Numbered from the stretch's first letter, positions 50,838 through 60,896 are shown. The stretch: DNA of 64,000 bases from Pseudomonadota bacterium (GCA_022572885.1 JACZVC010000001.1:74638-138637); one strand, 5' to 3'. Translations and numbers: made by a program. Notes: generated from the letters alone by a model not told the origin.

Positions 50838-51803
50838 TTACTGGACGAGCTCGGTCGATGGATTGAAGGTGTACCAGGCGAACCAGAAAAGCCGCCCCGT
50901 GCTCCATTTTTCACGACTGTCGCTATCGCCGATGGTTACCGTTCCATCTTCCGCCATCGACAGCGTCAGATCCCGGCCCGCCAAACTGGCTTCAATCCGG
51001 CTGGTGTTTTTGAATGCCGCCTCGGTAACTGCGACCGGCTGGCCGCCGATGCTGGTACCGAACACGACGGTTTTTGGATGTACGCGGTCATCCTCGTCAG
51101 AAACCGGCAGGTAAATCCTCGTCCCCGCTCGATACTCAGCGAAACGGTCCACCGAATAGTCTTCATCGAACCCGGTATCGGCCGACAATACTTTGCTGCC
51201 GGGATGTTTTTTTTGCCAGCGTGACCAGCGAGTCATCGTGACCGGCAAGGTTTGCAGTTTTTTACCGGTATTGGGCCCGACCACACCCGCGCCTTCGATC
51301 TGGCTCCAAAGCGTATTGCTGGCCCGGTCGTAAATAACCAGGTCACTGTTATAAAGGACACCTGAAACGCCAAACTCTGTAACGACACCCCCGATTACCC
51401 GGCTGACCGCCACGCCTGAACCGCACAAGGGGCAGTAGGTAATTGCGATCGGTTTGCCGCCGACGGTATCGTTGACGATTTCATGATGGTCCAGAATTTT
51501 CGCCGGATAGGCGCGCACATCGCCGCCGATAACCACGCCGAGTATCAGGTCGTCAGCGTTCAGGAAACCGGCCTGGTCTGATGTTACAAACCTGGGGTTG
51601 TCGATTGAGCGGATGCAGTCGCGCACCGGGCAAGCCTGCACCAGCTTGTCGAAATCCACGCTGCGAGGGGTGCTGTCATCGAAAGCAAAGGTATCTTTGA
51701 GAATATCGGTGTCGTATTGGCGTTGTGCAAGCACAGGCAACACCGGCAACATGACGAACACGAGCAAGGCTGCAGTCACGATCGGTTTAATTTTCTGGTT
51801 CAT
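50838..51803 (-). CDS. DUF3179 domain protein (secreted)
   Basis: The track ORF is trimmed to ATG 51803 (MNQKIKPIVTAALLVFVMLPVLPVLAQ). The blocks IRSIDNPRFV, AYPAKILDHHEIVND and TYCPLCGSG match the DUF3179 pattern as I recall it. Confidence 0.6.
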   Translation of the reverse strand: MNQKIKPIVTAALLVFVMLPVLPVLAQRQYDTDILKDTFAFDDSTPRSVDFDKLVQACPVRDCIRSIDNPRFVTSDQAGFLNADDLILGVVIGGDVRAYPAKILDHHEIVNDTVGGKPIAITYCPLCGSGVAVSRVIGGVVTEFGVSGVLYNSDLVIYDRASNTLWSQIEGAGVVGPNTGKKLQTLPVTMTRWSRWQKKHPGSKVLSADTGFDEDYSVDRFAEYRAGTRIYLPVSDEDDRVHPKTVVFGTSIGGQPVAVTEAAFKNTSRIEASLAGRDLTLSMAEDGTVTIGDSDSREKWSTGRLFWFAWYTFNPSTELVQ

Positions 51804-51961
51804 GGGCCCCCCGGCGGTCAGGTCCGGATAAATTGCCGGACTATCAGATAGAAAGTTGATTCGGCCAAGCATGCCGGAATAAACGACATTGACCGCTTCA
51901 TCAATAAGACCCGTAAGCCATGCTTTTTGTTACCGGAACGCCCAAATGGATTCTTTTTTGA

Positions 51962-52813
51962 TTATTTGTAACTGGGTTTGATGCCCTCGGCCCAGCTGAT
52001 GCCATACCAAAGCGCCGCATCCGGCCGTCGCGAAAAATCTCGCAGGGCATACAACGCGTCGATGTATTTCTTTTCGCTCATTAGCCTGGCCTGGATCACC
52101 TCCTCGGCCGCACCACCCAGTACTTCGTATAGATTATGCACGATGCCCTTGAACTCGCGCATGCCCGCGCAGCCGCCATAAAACACCAGCGTATTTTTTT
52201 GCGGCTCGGCACCGACCTGGTACAGCAACTGGACCAGCTTTCGCCCAACAAACGGGTCGTTGCCATTTTTCCGGTAAGTTTCAAAGTAGGCCCGCCACGC
52301 ATCCATGACACCCGGCGGCTCTGGCCACAAACGCAATGTGTCGTGATCGTCGTCGGCCAGCACGATACGGCCGCCTTTGCGTACCGCATCGAACATTGTT
52401 TCTACGACGCTCAGCGGATTGTTCACATGCTCAAGGAGAAAGCGCGTATGGGCCAGGTCGAAACGACCCATTTCATTTTGCCGTAACGGCAAAAATTCAG
52501 CTTCACCGACGCGAAAATCGACCAGATCAGCCTCATTGTCCGCCAGCGCCCGATCAACCGCCGTAGCCAGCTGTGCCGGATCCCGTTCGATGGCGATAAC
52601 CTTGGAACTGTCCGGCAGGCATCTTGCGATCGCGCGGGTGAATTCCCCCGTTCCGCAACCGACATCGAGCACGAGTTCCTCGCCGCCTGGATCAAGCGCG
52701 CGCAGACAGGCCTGGTTGATGAGTTTGTTCATCAAGGCCAGGCGGCGCTGCTCTTTTTCAGAGCTGCCGTGTACGTACCGGTCTTTCATTCCACTGAGCA
52801 CCATGCTAGCCAC
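51962..52813 (-). CDS. class I SAM-dependent methyltransferase
   Basis: 283 aa. Motif I is VLDVGCGTGEFTRAIA and the post-I region is VIAIERDP; it also has LKGGRIVLADDD-like motifs. Confidence 0.7.
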   Translation of the reverse strand: MASMVLSGMKDRYVHGSSEKEQRRLALMNKLINQACLRALDPGGEELVLDVGCGTGEFTRAIARCLPDSSKVIAIERDPAQLATAVDRALADNEADLVDFRVGEAEFLPLRQNEMGRFDLAHTRFLLEHVNNPLSVVETMFDAVRKGGRIVLADDDHDTLRLWPEPPGVMDAWRAYFETYRKNGNDPFVGRKLVQLLYQVGAEPQKNTLVFYGGCAGMREFKGIVHNLYEVLGGAAEEVIQARLMSEKKYIDALYALRDFSRRPDAALWYGISWAEGIKPSYK

Positions 52814-52929
52814 ACATCATTCTAATCCCTGCATGGATTACGGAAAAGCTGTGTCCTTTTAGCGACACTTTTGGCGAATCAACCTAAGTCCGGTGGTATA
52901 TTGCTACCAGAAACGATCCGGAGACAGAA

Positions 52930-53373
52930 ATGAACCGATTCATACTGGCATTCCTGATGCTTCTGGTATCCATGGGTGTGCAAGCCCAGGGTACGCGCCT
53001 GACGACGCCCGCAAGGACTGTGACGGTGGATTCGGTCAGCGATGAGCTTGCCGGCATAGTCGTGCTATGCGCGACCCGGCACGAGTCTGGTCAGTTGCAT
53101 GCGCAATGGGCAGACTACCTGAGGAAACATTACAACGGCGATATGGATATCGATGCGCTGGTCAGGGAAATCACCCGGCAAGCTACCGGTTACTGGCAGG
53201 TTCGGCTGATCAGCGCCAGCATGCTGGGTTCGAAAAGCCGGTCAGGCGCGCCCACCAGCCAGGCGGAAATCCGCGCCAAACAAAAACTGCAAGATTTTGT
53301 CCTGGCGGCTCCTGAAATCGAACAGGCCTTGCGCAACACCGCCAGGACGACCATTGCCAATATGAGCAATTAA
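52930..53373 (+). CDS. hypothetical secreted protein
   Basis: 147 aa with signal peptide MNRFILAFLMLLVSMGVQAQG. No family was recognised. Confidence 0.5.
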   Translation: MNRFILAFLMLLVSMGVQAQGTRLTTPARTVTVDSVSDELAGIVVLCATRHESGQLHAQWADYLRKHYNGDMDIDALVREITRQATGYWQVRLISASMLGSKSRSGAPTSQAEIRAKQKLQDFVLAAPEIEQALRNTARTTIANMSN

Positions 53374-53418
53374 GATGAAGGGGACAGATTTCAAATCTGC
53401 CCCCCTTTCCAATTCAAT

Positions 53419-53446
53419 GGGCAGACAAAATCTGCCCGTTTTTTTG
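53419..53446 (+). terminator. intrinsic terminator
   Basis: The stem gggcaga (53419-53425) / tctgccc (53431-53437) is followed by gTTTTTTT. A related hairpin lies just upstream at 53380-53404. Confidence 0.6.
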
Positions 53447-53487
53447 TTGGCCAGCACTTGCCAGTCATTTTTTGTTTTTGGCGTCTG

Positions 53488-53943
53488 CTACCAGCAGTCG
53501 GTGCTAACACCGGAGTTACTTTTGAAGCCCGCCTGGTCCAGCATCATGTTGCCGCAATCGCTATCATTGATCGCCTGGTTGAGCTGCGGCACGGCGAGTG
53601 CCAGGAACGCAGTCGGGGTCACGTTAACCACGCTGGCGGTGTAAATGCGATCGGCCGCCAGCGCGGGAATAGAGTTGCCCTGGTTGTCGATCGTGACAAA
53701 GGCGTTGCCATAGCCCAGCTCGTTCAGATCGATCGCGTAACGTTTGTTGTCAATAAAGAACTGTTCCTGCCGATCCGCCAGCATCACTAGGATTGACTTG
53801 GCAGTCGCACGCTTGCTGCGGGTCACGTAGTCCGTGTAACTCGGGTAAGCCACTGCGGCCAGCACGCCGACAATCGCGATTACGACCATCAACTCGATCA
53901 GCGTGAAGCCACGTTGGCTGTTTTGTCTGTGATCGTTGTCCAT
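53488..53943 (-). CDS. pilE: type IV pilin-like protein PilE
   Basis: Trimmed to ATG 53943, giving [12 protein letters not shown]|[24 protein letters not shown], a class III (prepilin) signal with the conserved Glu+5. It is the last gene of the minor-pilin operon. Confidence 0.75.
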   Translation of the reverse strand: MDNDHRQNSQRGFTLIELMVVIAIVGVLAAVAYPSYTDYVTRSKRATAKSILVMLADRQEQFFIDNKRYAIDLNELGYGNAFVTIDNQGNSIPALAADRIYTASVVNVTPTAFLALAVPQLNQAINDSDCGNMMLDQAGFKSNSGVSTDCW

Positions 53944-54001
53944 TATTCCAGATTCCAAAATTGTCAAACCAATTGTCGCTGGTTGTTGTGAATATCAAGC
54001 G

Positions 54002-57000
54002 TTATAGATCGGTATCTTCCGCGTTGTACCAGAAGGTCTTCCATCGAGTCGACGAGGTCGCGTCTTCCGTCGTCAAGTCAGGCCGCAGCAGTTTGTTTGG
54101 CGGCAGGGACACGACTTCGGCCGGGATGCCTTCAGAATTCAGCAAAGTGCTGCGATCGCTGGCGGTACTGGCTACGCCGGAATTGTCCAGGCCATCATCG
54201 GTCGAATCGTAGTTCTTGACCGCGAATGCGTTTTGCAGATCAATGGCGTAAAGCAGACCATTTCCTTCCGATGGCGTACATTGATTTGCCTGTAGCCCGA
54301 TCGGAGGCAAATAGGTTGTAAAGAACACGGTTCCGCCGATGGTCAGCGGCGTCGACAAGTTCTTTTCGCCGGTCCCGGTCAGACCCATGCGCCAGCCATT
54401 ACTGAGATCCCGCGCACAAAGGCCTGCCTGCAGGCAATTATCGGTCACATCGGCAAGACCGGCATGCTTGAGCAAGCTGTCGGCTCCGCCACCGATCGCA
54501 ATATTGCGATCCTTGATCAGGTAAAAGAAATCGTCGGTCTGGCCGCCCTTGCCCAAAGGATCGGGACGATTGCCCGAGCCAATCAGCACGGCATCAAATG
54601 CGCCGATGCCATCACGACTGGGCACGAGATCCGGACGATGAAAGAATCGCCGGTCATCGGCCACACCCGGCGCCGCGGCCGAGTGCCGGCCCAGGTTGGC
54701 CAGCATTGTTATTTTCCAATTGCCAGGGCCGTTGCCAGCCAGGTCTGCACGCCAGACTTTACCACCCGAGTCGCCAACGATGACACGGTCGGTCAAGCCA
54801 TCGCCATCCATATCGGCAACAGCGACCGGCGATGGGAAACTGTCTACCATCTCATTGTGAACAAAGGTTTTCGCGGCAGGAACTCCGCTGCCTACCGCTT
54901 TCCAGATCAGTGCACCGGTTATTGCATCAACGACATACAATGCGTTGCCTTCCGCGTCGTTGGTGCCGACGCCTGATCGGTCATCCTTGTTGGCGTCATA
55001 GCCGCCTGCAAAAATTAATACCGCCTGCGGCCCAAAGCCGATATCGACTGTGCCGACTCGCGGCGTCGAGAATGTCATACCCAGTTCGCTAAAGTCGGGA
55101 TCGGAATTATCAATATCCCAGAGGTATTCGGGATTTTCCGGGTCGGTCACATCAAGCGCATGCAGGAATTTGCCGCCGCGACGGGCGCCAATATAAACAT
55201 AGGCCTTGTCGCCATCGATGGCTTCGATCGTACCGTCGCCATCAACATCGAGCATATAAGCAACCGGTGAACCGTCAACCGTATACGGGTGGCTGAAGGA
55301 AGACACGTTGGCGCGCAACTCGGGCAGCACATTCAACGTTTCTTTAGGCATATAGGCCCAGACTTCCTCGCCGCTTTCGCCACCCGAAGCCGTGGTGTTG
55401 CGAATCATATGCAGGTAACCGTCGTTTGACGCTAACGCCAGGAAAATGGCTGGATTGGTATCGCTGTAACTACCCCATGCACCATAGTTGAGCGGCAGCG
55501 GCCGCGAATGCAGGGGGTCGGCCATGATCCACGGACGCGCTTCGGCAAGGACTCCGTCATTATCCAGATCGTCAACGTCATATCCGCGTGCGTACATGGT
55601 CATCCAGGTGACCTCGGCGACCATGTCGACGAGCGGGACCGCAAGGTTAAAGTAAGGTGTGAGCTGGTTGACGACGTTGATGTCCACATCCAGGGGCTTG
55701 AGTAAGCCGCCCATCTCGTAAAAGACCTGGCGCGCACCAATATCGCTATTGAGCAGGCCGATTTGCCCGCTGATCATGCCCGGTATCTTTTGCCCGGCTC
55801 CGCCACGTGCAACCGACCGGCCGTCACGGCCGGCAAATTCGTCTTCATCCGGATCGGGTGGCGGCAACGCGTTGGGATCGGTCCAGAAGGTCAACGCATC
55901 GAAGCGGATTCGTCCATCGGCGGCGACTGCCGGCTGATCCAGCGCATCGGCGAGGAAGATGTTACCGGTACCACCGGTGAGCCCGGCCAGCCTGAGTTTC
56001 TTGACATTACCTGTCCAGTACGGGCGACCGCGCGAATCGGGCTGGAACAGCGCCAGGAACACGTTATCCACGACTTGCGCCCGGTTGAACACGTTGACCG
56101 GGATAGACGCCGCGACCAGGGTCGTACTGACGCTGAGAATCTGACTGAAAATATCTCTGATGGTATTGACCAATTCCTCTGGATTTTCCGACAGCGGCAG
56201 TGGCTGGCCGGTATTTCCTGCCCTGGCGTAGCTCACCGTCGTGGTATTGGCTTTCGGCGTCAGGAAGTAAGAAGTAACGTTTTGCCTGCCGTCAAGATTC
56301 GGCGCGGCGCCAACGATTCCATTGGCCATATCCTGGTCATTCATAAACTGCAGCATATCGACAAATTTAGCGCGCGGCGATCCTGTCCCCCCATTGGCAA
56401 TAACCTGGGCTATCGCTGCATCGGAATCATTTTCCTGGTTGGCGACAAAGAACATGGGGTTGATCGTAAAAATCTTTGTGCACTCGCTGGCGGCATCCAG
56501 GGGGGTCAGGTAAAGTCCGCTGTTACCCGGCCTCTCGATACCAGTGTCCCAGGAGATGGCCGGGAAGTTGGAATCAAGATTGATCGTGGGATCGCCGGCA
56601 TAATCGAGATAACCGACGTGGCCGTTATAGATGCCCTGGCCGGTCAGATAACGGAACAACTCGAAAAACAGCTCCTTGCCCTGGTAGGGGTGAGACAGGT
56701 TGCCTTGCGGCACGGGAATAGCGGAGAGGAGTTGATGAAAGCGGGCCTTGGCGCCGTTGCTATCGCCCATCTCGAACATTTCAAAGCCCATCGCGATATA
56801 GCCACCATTTGAGCATCCTTTGGTCGCTGCTTTACTCGGGCCCGCGCAATTGTTCTTGTTGTCGTGGTTGAGCATCAGACCGACTTTGATGTTCTCCAGC
56901 GGATCCATGACCATCCTCAGCACGCCGCGCAGCATGTCGAAAAATGTGTATGAGGCCTGGGCCGGTAGATAACCGGCATCCACCAGGAATTGGCATTCGC

Positions 57001-57196
57001 CTTTCTGGCAGACCGTGGACCCAAGGTTCGGACGATAATCCAGGCTGAACATGACCAGGGGCTCGCTGCCCGCAGGAAGATTTCCGCCAAAGTAAATATC
57101 GATATCGTCGGCCACGGCCGGCGCACTGGCGCCGAGAGTCAGCCCGGTTGCTAACAGCAGACTGAAAAGCCGGTTTTTGAATTTAGGTCCAAACAT
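54002..57196 (-). CDS. pilY1: type IV pilus tip adhesin/biogenesis factor PilY1
   Basis: About 1064 aa (ATG 57196 with a gggggag RBS; the track start 57211 is a GTG). It has a signal peptide, a large size and a C-terminal beta-propeller region with the calcium-site-like DMDGDGLTDRVIVGDSGGKVWRADL. It sits between pilX and pilE. Confidence 0.8.
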   Translation of the reverse strand: MFGPKFKNRLFSLLLATGLTLGASAPAVADDIDIYFGGNLPAGSEPLVMFSLDYRPNLGSTVCQKGECQFLVDAGYLPAQASYTFFDMLRGVLRMVMDPLENIKVGLMLNHDNKNNCAGPSKAATKGCSNGGYIAMGFEMFEMGDSNGAKARFHQLLSAIPVPQGNLSHPYQGKELFFELFRYLTGQGIYNGHVGYLDYAGDPTINLDSNFPAISWDTGIERPGNSGLYLTPLDAASECTKIFTINPMFFVANQENDSDAAIAQVIANGGTGSPRAKFVDMLQFMNDQDMANGIVGAAPNLDGRQNVTSYFLTPKANTTTVSYARAGNTGQPLPLSENPEELVNTIRDIFSQILSVSTTLVAASIPVNVFNRAQVVDNVFLALFQPDSRGRPYWTGNVKKLRLAGLTGGTGNIFLADALDQPAVAADGRIRFDALTFWTDPNALPPPDPDEDEFAGRDGRSVARGGAGQKIPGMISGQIGLLNSDIGARQVFYEMGGLLKPLDVDINVVNQLTPYFNLAVPLVDMVAEVTWMTMYARGYDVDDLDNDGVLAEARPWIMADPLHSRPLPLNYGAWGSYSDTNPAIFLALASNDGYLHMIRNTTASGGESGEEVWAYMPKETLNVLPELRANVSSFSHPYTVDGSPVAYMLDVDGDGTIEAIDGDKAYVYIGARRGGKFLHALDVTDPENPEYLWDIDNSDPDFSELGMTFSTPRVGTVDIGFGPQAVLIFAGGYDANKDDRSGVGTNDAEGNALYVVDAITGALIWKAVGSGVPAAKTFVHNEMVDSFPSPVAVADMDGDGLTDRVIVGDSGGKVWRADLAGNGPGNWKITMLANLGRHSAAAPGVADDRRFFHRPDLVPSRDGIGAFDAVLIGSGNRPDPLGKGGQTDDFFYLIKDRNIAIGGGADSLLKHAGLADVTDNCLQAGLCARDLSNGWRMGLTGTGEKNLSTPLTIGGTVFFTTYLPPIGLQANQCTPSEGNGLLYAIDLQNAFAVKNYDSTDDGLDNSGVASTASDRSTLLNSEGIPAEVVSLPPNKLLRPDLTTEDATSSTRWKTFWYNAEDTDL

Positions 57197-57215
57197 TTTT
57201 GACTCCCCCACCTTC

Positions 57216-57731
57216 CTAGTTGGTAGGCACTAAAATCAATACGCCTTCGACCACGGTGTCCCTACCGAGGCCTTGATCGGCCATGTCGAAAGTGCTGGTG
57301 ATTGAAAAAGCCGCGGCACTGAACTTATCCGCGCTTGAACCGATACCGCGCGGCGGCGGGCGCAGCGCCGGCGCCAGTCTGACGATCACGCTGTTCATGA
57401 CACCTGCATTCATCTGGTCGGTGAACATGCCGTTCGGCAGGCGCCAATTTTCCCTATCGCAATTGACCCCGGTACCGGTGCAGATCGTATAACCCGGGTC
57501 ACCGATCACCGGTGTCGACGCTGTGGCATCGATAATGGCATCGGACAGAGCTTGTGTGGCCTGGAACGCGGTGACCGCGGTCTCCTGGTTACCCGCCATG
57601 CGCAGCTCGGTAATGCTGACTCGCATTGCGGACATACTCAGCAAAGTAATAATCACCAGCAGGATCAGCGAGCTGACCAGGATTACGCCCCGCTGTCCGG
57701 ATTTGCCGATAGGCTGATTCATCCTGCTCAT
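57216..57731 (-). CDS. pilX: minor pilin PilX
   Basis: 171 aa. QRGVILVSSLILLVIITLLSMSAMRVSITELRMAGNQ is the PilX N-terminal domain pattern. It overlaps pilW by 4 nt. Confidence 0.7.
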   Translation of the reverse strand: MSRMNQPIGKSGQRGVILVSSLILLVIITLLSMSAMRVSITELRMAGNQETAVTAFQATQALSDAIIDATASTPVIGDPGYTICTGTGVNCDRENWRLPNGMFTDQMNAGVMNSVIVRLAPALRPPPRGIGSSADKFSAAAFSITSTFDMADQGLGRDTVVEGVLILVPTN

Positions 57732-58720
57732 AGCCCCAGCCTGTTCAGGTTCCTCAGGTTGCGAATGCCGACGGTCGTGCTGAAAGCCCGGCGATAAAAA
57801 TTGTCATTCGGCGTAAACGGCGCAGCATTGCTCAGCGTATAGACCTTGTCATTGACATAGGAGATGTCCGCGTCCTCGCTGCGCACCAATAAAAAAATCT
57901 TCGCGGTTACTACCTGGCTAATCTGGCTGGCCAGCGGCGCGGCCAGGTAAACATTGGCTGAACCGTCATTGTCGGTGTCTATGCCAAATTCGATCTGCAG
58001 ATCCTCGACGCCGCGCGCCAGGCATTCGGTGGTCATGCTGCTGGCGGCGCCCACCGGCGACAGTATTTTACGGCACAGCGTCGGGATGCCGTCGCCGGGC
58101 GCAAATGCATAATTCTGCACGTAATAAATGACCGGCAGGTATTCCCAATCCTGGAACGGAATCGGCACATTAACCGGTGGCGCGCCTGACACGGGTTCGG
58201 TAAATAGCAATCCGGCAGTCCCGTTGGTGCGCAAATAAACCCGGCCCACCTCCGGGGCTGGTTCCGCCCGACCCGCAACACGCTTGATGGTCAGGATGTC
58301 CGTCCCCGGCTTGACATCGCCCGCCGCCAGGCAGGAGTGTGCCGCGCCCGCGCTTCCATCGGTCGCGTTATCGACCGATCCGATCGGGGCGTAGTCGCCC
58401 GCGAGATTGATCATGGAGAACGCCCAGTTGGGAAAGCCGCCGGGACCACAATCCACGCCCAGCGCAAGCGTCGTATCAAAACCCATGCCTTGCGGTGTCA
58501 GCAAATCGGCCAGCAATCCGGCCATGCTCAGATCGGTCACGATCGTATCGAGCGCAAAGCGTGCATCTTCCTGCATGCGCGCAATGCTTTCGTTCTGGTT
58601 GAAACTGCGTTTGCTTTGCAAGAATAGATTGACCAGTCCGGTCATGATCAACAGACCCAGCAACATGGCGATCATCAGTTCAATCAGCGAGAAACCCGAT
58701 TGTTTGGCCTGGCATTTCAT
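57728..58720 (-). CDS. pilW: minor pilin PilW
   Basis: Trimmed to ATG 58720, giving the prepilin signal MKCQAKQSG|FSLIELMIAMLLGLLIMTGLVNLF. About 330 aa, as for PilW. Confidence 0.7.
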   Translation of the reverse strand: MKCQAKQSGFSLIELMIAMLLGLLIMTGLVNLFLQSKRSFNQNESIARMQEDARFALDTIVTDLSMAGLLADLLTPQGMGFDTTLALGVDCGPGGFPNWAFSMINLAGDYAPIGSVDNATDGSAGAAHSCLAAGDVKPGTDILTIKRVAGRAEPAPEVGRVYLRTNGTAGLLFTEPVSGAPPVNVPIPFQDWEYLPVIYYVQNYAFAPGDGIPTLCRKILSPVGAASSMTTECLARGVEDLQIEFGIDTDNDGSANVYLAAPLASQISQVVTAKIFLLVRSEDADISYVNDKVYTLSNAAPFTPNDNFYRRAFSTTVGIRNLRNLNRLGL

Positions 58721-58736
58721 CAGGTCGGTATCCTTG

Positions 58737-59327
58737 CTAAATCCCAATAAATGTTGGCACGACGATCACCCGGCGCAGTTCGTCGTTGTCGCCATAACGT
58801 CCCAGGCCCACTCCACAAGGATCAGCCGGCGGAGTCGTCATTGCGGTGACACCGCGCCATGCGATGGTCACGGTGTAGCCACCCGAACCACCCAATACAG
58901 GGCCGTTGATACAAGCGGTCGCACCAACCAGCCCACCGGTCGCTTCATTGCCACGCGTTTCCATGTTGCCATCGAGAATTCTTTCCCATTCCCAAAGGTC
59001 AAAGGCGGCAATCTGCTGTGTGCTACATGGCCCGTTGATATTGTTGCAGGCTAGAGCCGGCTGCGGACCAAGCGTTCCGCCACCGAGGTCAGCAGCGTTG
59101 ACGTAGCTGGCCAGCGCCTGGTTGTTGCTCCTCATACGCTCGAGCAGATCGTAGGCCATCAGCGATGCGTTGGTTCTTTGCAGGGCGTCGAAATTTGCTT
59201 TCTTGGCAACACCCTGCAAAGCGGCAACAGACAGCATTCCCAGCGAGAAAACGACCAGCGTGACCAGGACTTCAATCAATCCGACGCCGGCCATGCGGTG
59301 CATGGCCGGCGTAGTCGATTTCATCAT
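58737..59327 (-). CDS. pilV: minor pilin PilV
   Basis: ...MHRMAG|VGLIEVLVTLVVFSLGMLSVAALQ is a prepilin-type N-terminus. The start is ambiguous (ATGs at 59345, 59327, 59324 and 59303). Confidence 0.65.
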   Translation of the reverse strand: MMKSTTPAMHRMAGVGLIEVLVTLVVFSLGMLSVAALQGVAKKANFDALQRTNASLMAYDLLERMRSNNQALASYVNAADLGGGTLGPQPALACNNINGPCSTQQIAAFDLWEWERILDGNMETRGNEATGGLVGATACINGPVLGGSGGYTVTIAWRGVTAMTTPPADPCGVGLGRYGDNDELRRVIVVPTFIGI

Positions 59328-59338
59328 TGCGGAAACTT

Positions 59339-59881
59339 TCAACATACGGGAGCGGTACCATCGATGTTGTATTTGGATGCCCGAGGCCGGCCGCTGGAAT
59401 CAACCACGATCGTTCGGGCATGTTCAGCACCGCGAATATCGCATAGCGTGAATTGTCCGGTGTTGGAGCGGATGTTGTTGCCGGTCATCATGCGGCCATT
59501 CGGACGATACATCAGGTTATTGCCGATTCCGCCAGGCGTGATCCCCAGCCTGGATATGTCATTGACGGAACGCAGAACCACTTCCGTGCCGTTGACCTGA
59601 CCATCACCATTGTTATCGACAAAAACGACCCAGCCGTTACTCCAGCTATTACCGCAGGTCTGGCCGTCGTTGCTGCCGCACAAGGATACTCGTCTGTTTT
59701 GTACAATTGCTTCGGAGCGTGCCAACTGCATGCTGCCGACCAGTACGTTCAACGAGCTGACTTGGCGATTATTGAGCAGCGTCTGATTGAAGCTGGGTAC
59801 GCCAACCGTAGCCAGTATCGAAAAGACCGCCAGGGTGACCAGCAGTTCGGCCAGCGTGAATCCGTTTTGTTTCATGTCCAT
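59339..59881 (-). CDS. fimU: minor pilin FimU (GspH/FimT family)
   Basis: MDMKQNG|FTLAELLVTLAVFSILATVGVPSF...ARSEAI is a prepilin signal plus a GspH-like pattern. It is the first gene of the operon. ATG 59881 or 59875 is possible. Confidence 0.65.
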   Translation of the reverse strand: MDMKQNGFTLAELLVTLAVFSILATVGVPSFNQTLLNNRQVSSLNVLVGSMQLARSEAIVQNRRVSLCGSNDGQTCGNSWSNGWVVFVDNNGDGQVNGTEVVLRSVNDISRLGITPGGIGNNLMYRPNGRMMTGNNIRSNTGQFTLCDIRGAEHARTIVVDSSGRPRASKYNIDGTAPVC

Positions 59882-60268
59882 AAAAAGTCCCGCCAATGGT
59901 TTGTTCGTGTTTCCGTGTATGCATCAAACCACCAGTGCACTTGTCATTCCGTGAACTGGTTCACACCGGATTCTTGGCTCCCCGTCAGCGCTTTGGGATA
60001 CTTGTCCCGAGCCACGATTTTCGCGCCGAATTAGGTCAAATCGGGAATTTTAAGTACTTGTTTTTTAAGTTCTTTTTTTTCAGCCATTGACGATGTTTTT
60101 TGCCGATTCGGGCGCTATAGGCTTAACGTGGAACCGTCAACCCCGATAAGCGGTCATGGACTTCCGATAAGTGGAAAATCCCGGTTTTTGGATGCTCATT
60201 GAGACCTGAGTCACAGCTATTGCAAGGGCTGAGGACATACAATCGGCCAGTCTGAAAAGGGAAAGATT

Positions 60269-60790
60269 ATGCAAAACAACGCCGAAGCCAGGCCGATTAC
60301 GCTAACCGGAGAGCGGAATCTGGGAGTAGCTGTAGACATTTCGGCAACCGGCGCAGCGCGGGAAATGACCGACAGGCGTCGTTTTAGCTTCAAGACCATC
60401 CTTTATGGCCTCATCAAGCCACGACGCCGCGGCCCGCGCAGAGGCGAAGACAGCGACAGCTATCACGCCGATTTCTTCGATCGCAGCCTGATGTTTCCTG
60501 CAGTGGGCACGGTCCTGCTCAGTGCAATGGATGCGATGCTGACGCTGATCGCGATCGACAATGGCCTGGCAACCGAAGCAAACGCCGCCATGGCTACGTT
60601 GATGGAGAACGGCAGCGCAAGCTTCGCCGGCTGGAAGCTTTTCGGCACCATCATAGGCGTAGTACTGATGATATCCATGGCGAATATGCGGGTCCTGGCT
60701 GGCCTCAGGGCAAAAACCATTCTGTATTTCCTGTTCTGTGGCTATACCCTGCTGATCACGTACCAGTTACTGAACATCTACACCGCTTGA
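60269..60790 (+). CDS. membrane protein with Arg-rich cytoplasmic N-terminus and DUF5658-like C-terminal domain (tentative)
   Basis: 173 aa. The N-terminal ~75 aa are hydrophilic (DRRRFSFKTILYGLIKPRRRGPRRGED). The C-terminus has three hydrophobic helices with LSAMDAMLTLIAIDNGLATEANAAM, resembling the DUF5658 D..LT...G..E.N motif. Confidence 0.5.
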   Translation: MQNNAEARPITLTGERNLGVAVDISATGAAREMTDRRRFSFKTILYGLIKPRRRGPRRGEDSDSYHADFFDRSLMFPAVGTVLLSAMDAMLTLIAIDNGLATEANAAMATLMENGSASFAGWKLFGTIIGVVLMISMANMRVLAGLRAKTILYFLFCGYTLLITYQLLNIYTA

Positions 60791-60896
60791 AAAACAGGTG
60801 GTTTGCCCAATTTTGCGCACTGCAAAATGACCCGCCACGCCAATTGCAATACTGTCTCCCGAACCTAATTCAAACCCAAAGAAGCAGGGGATCACG

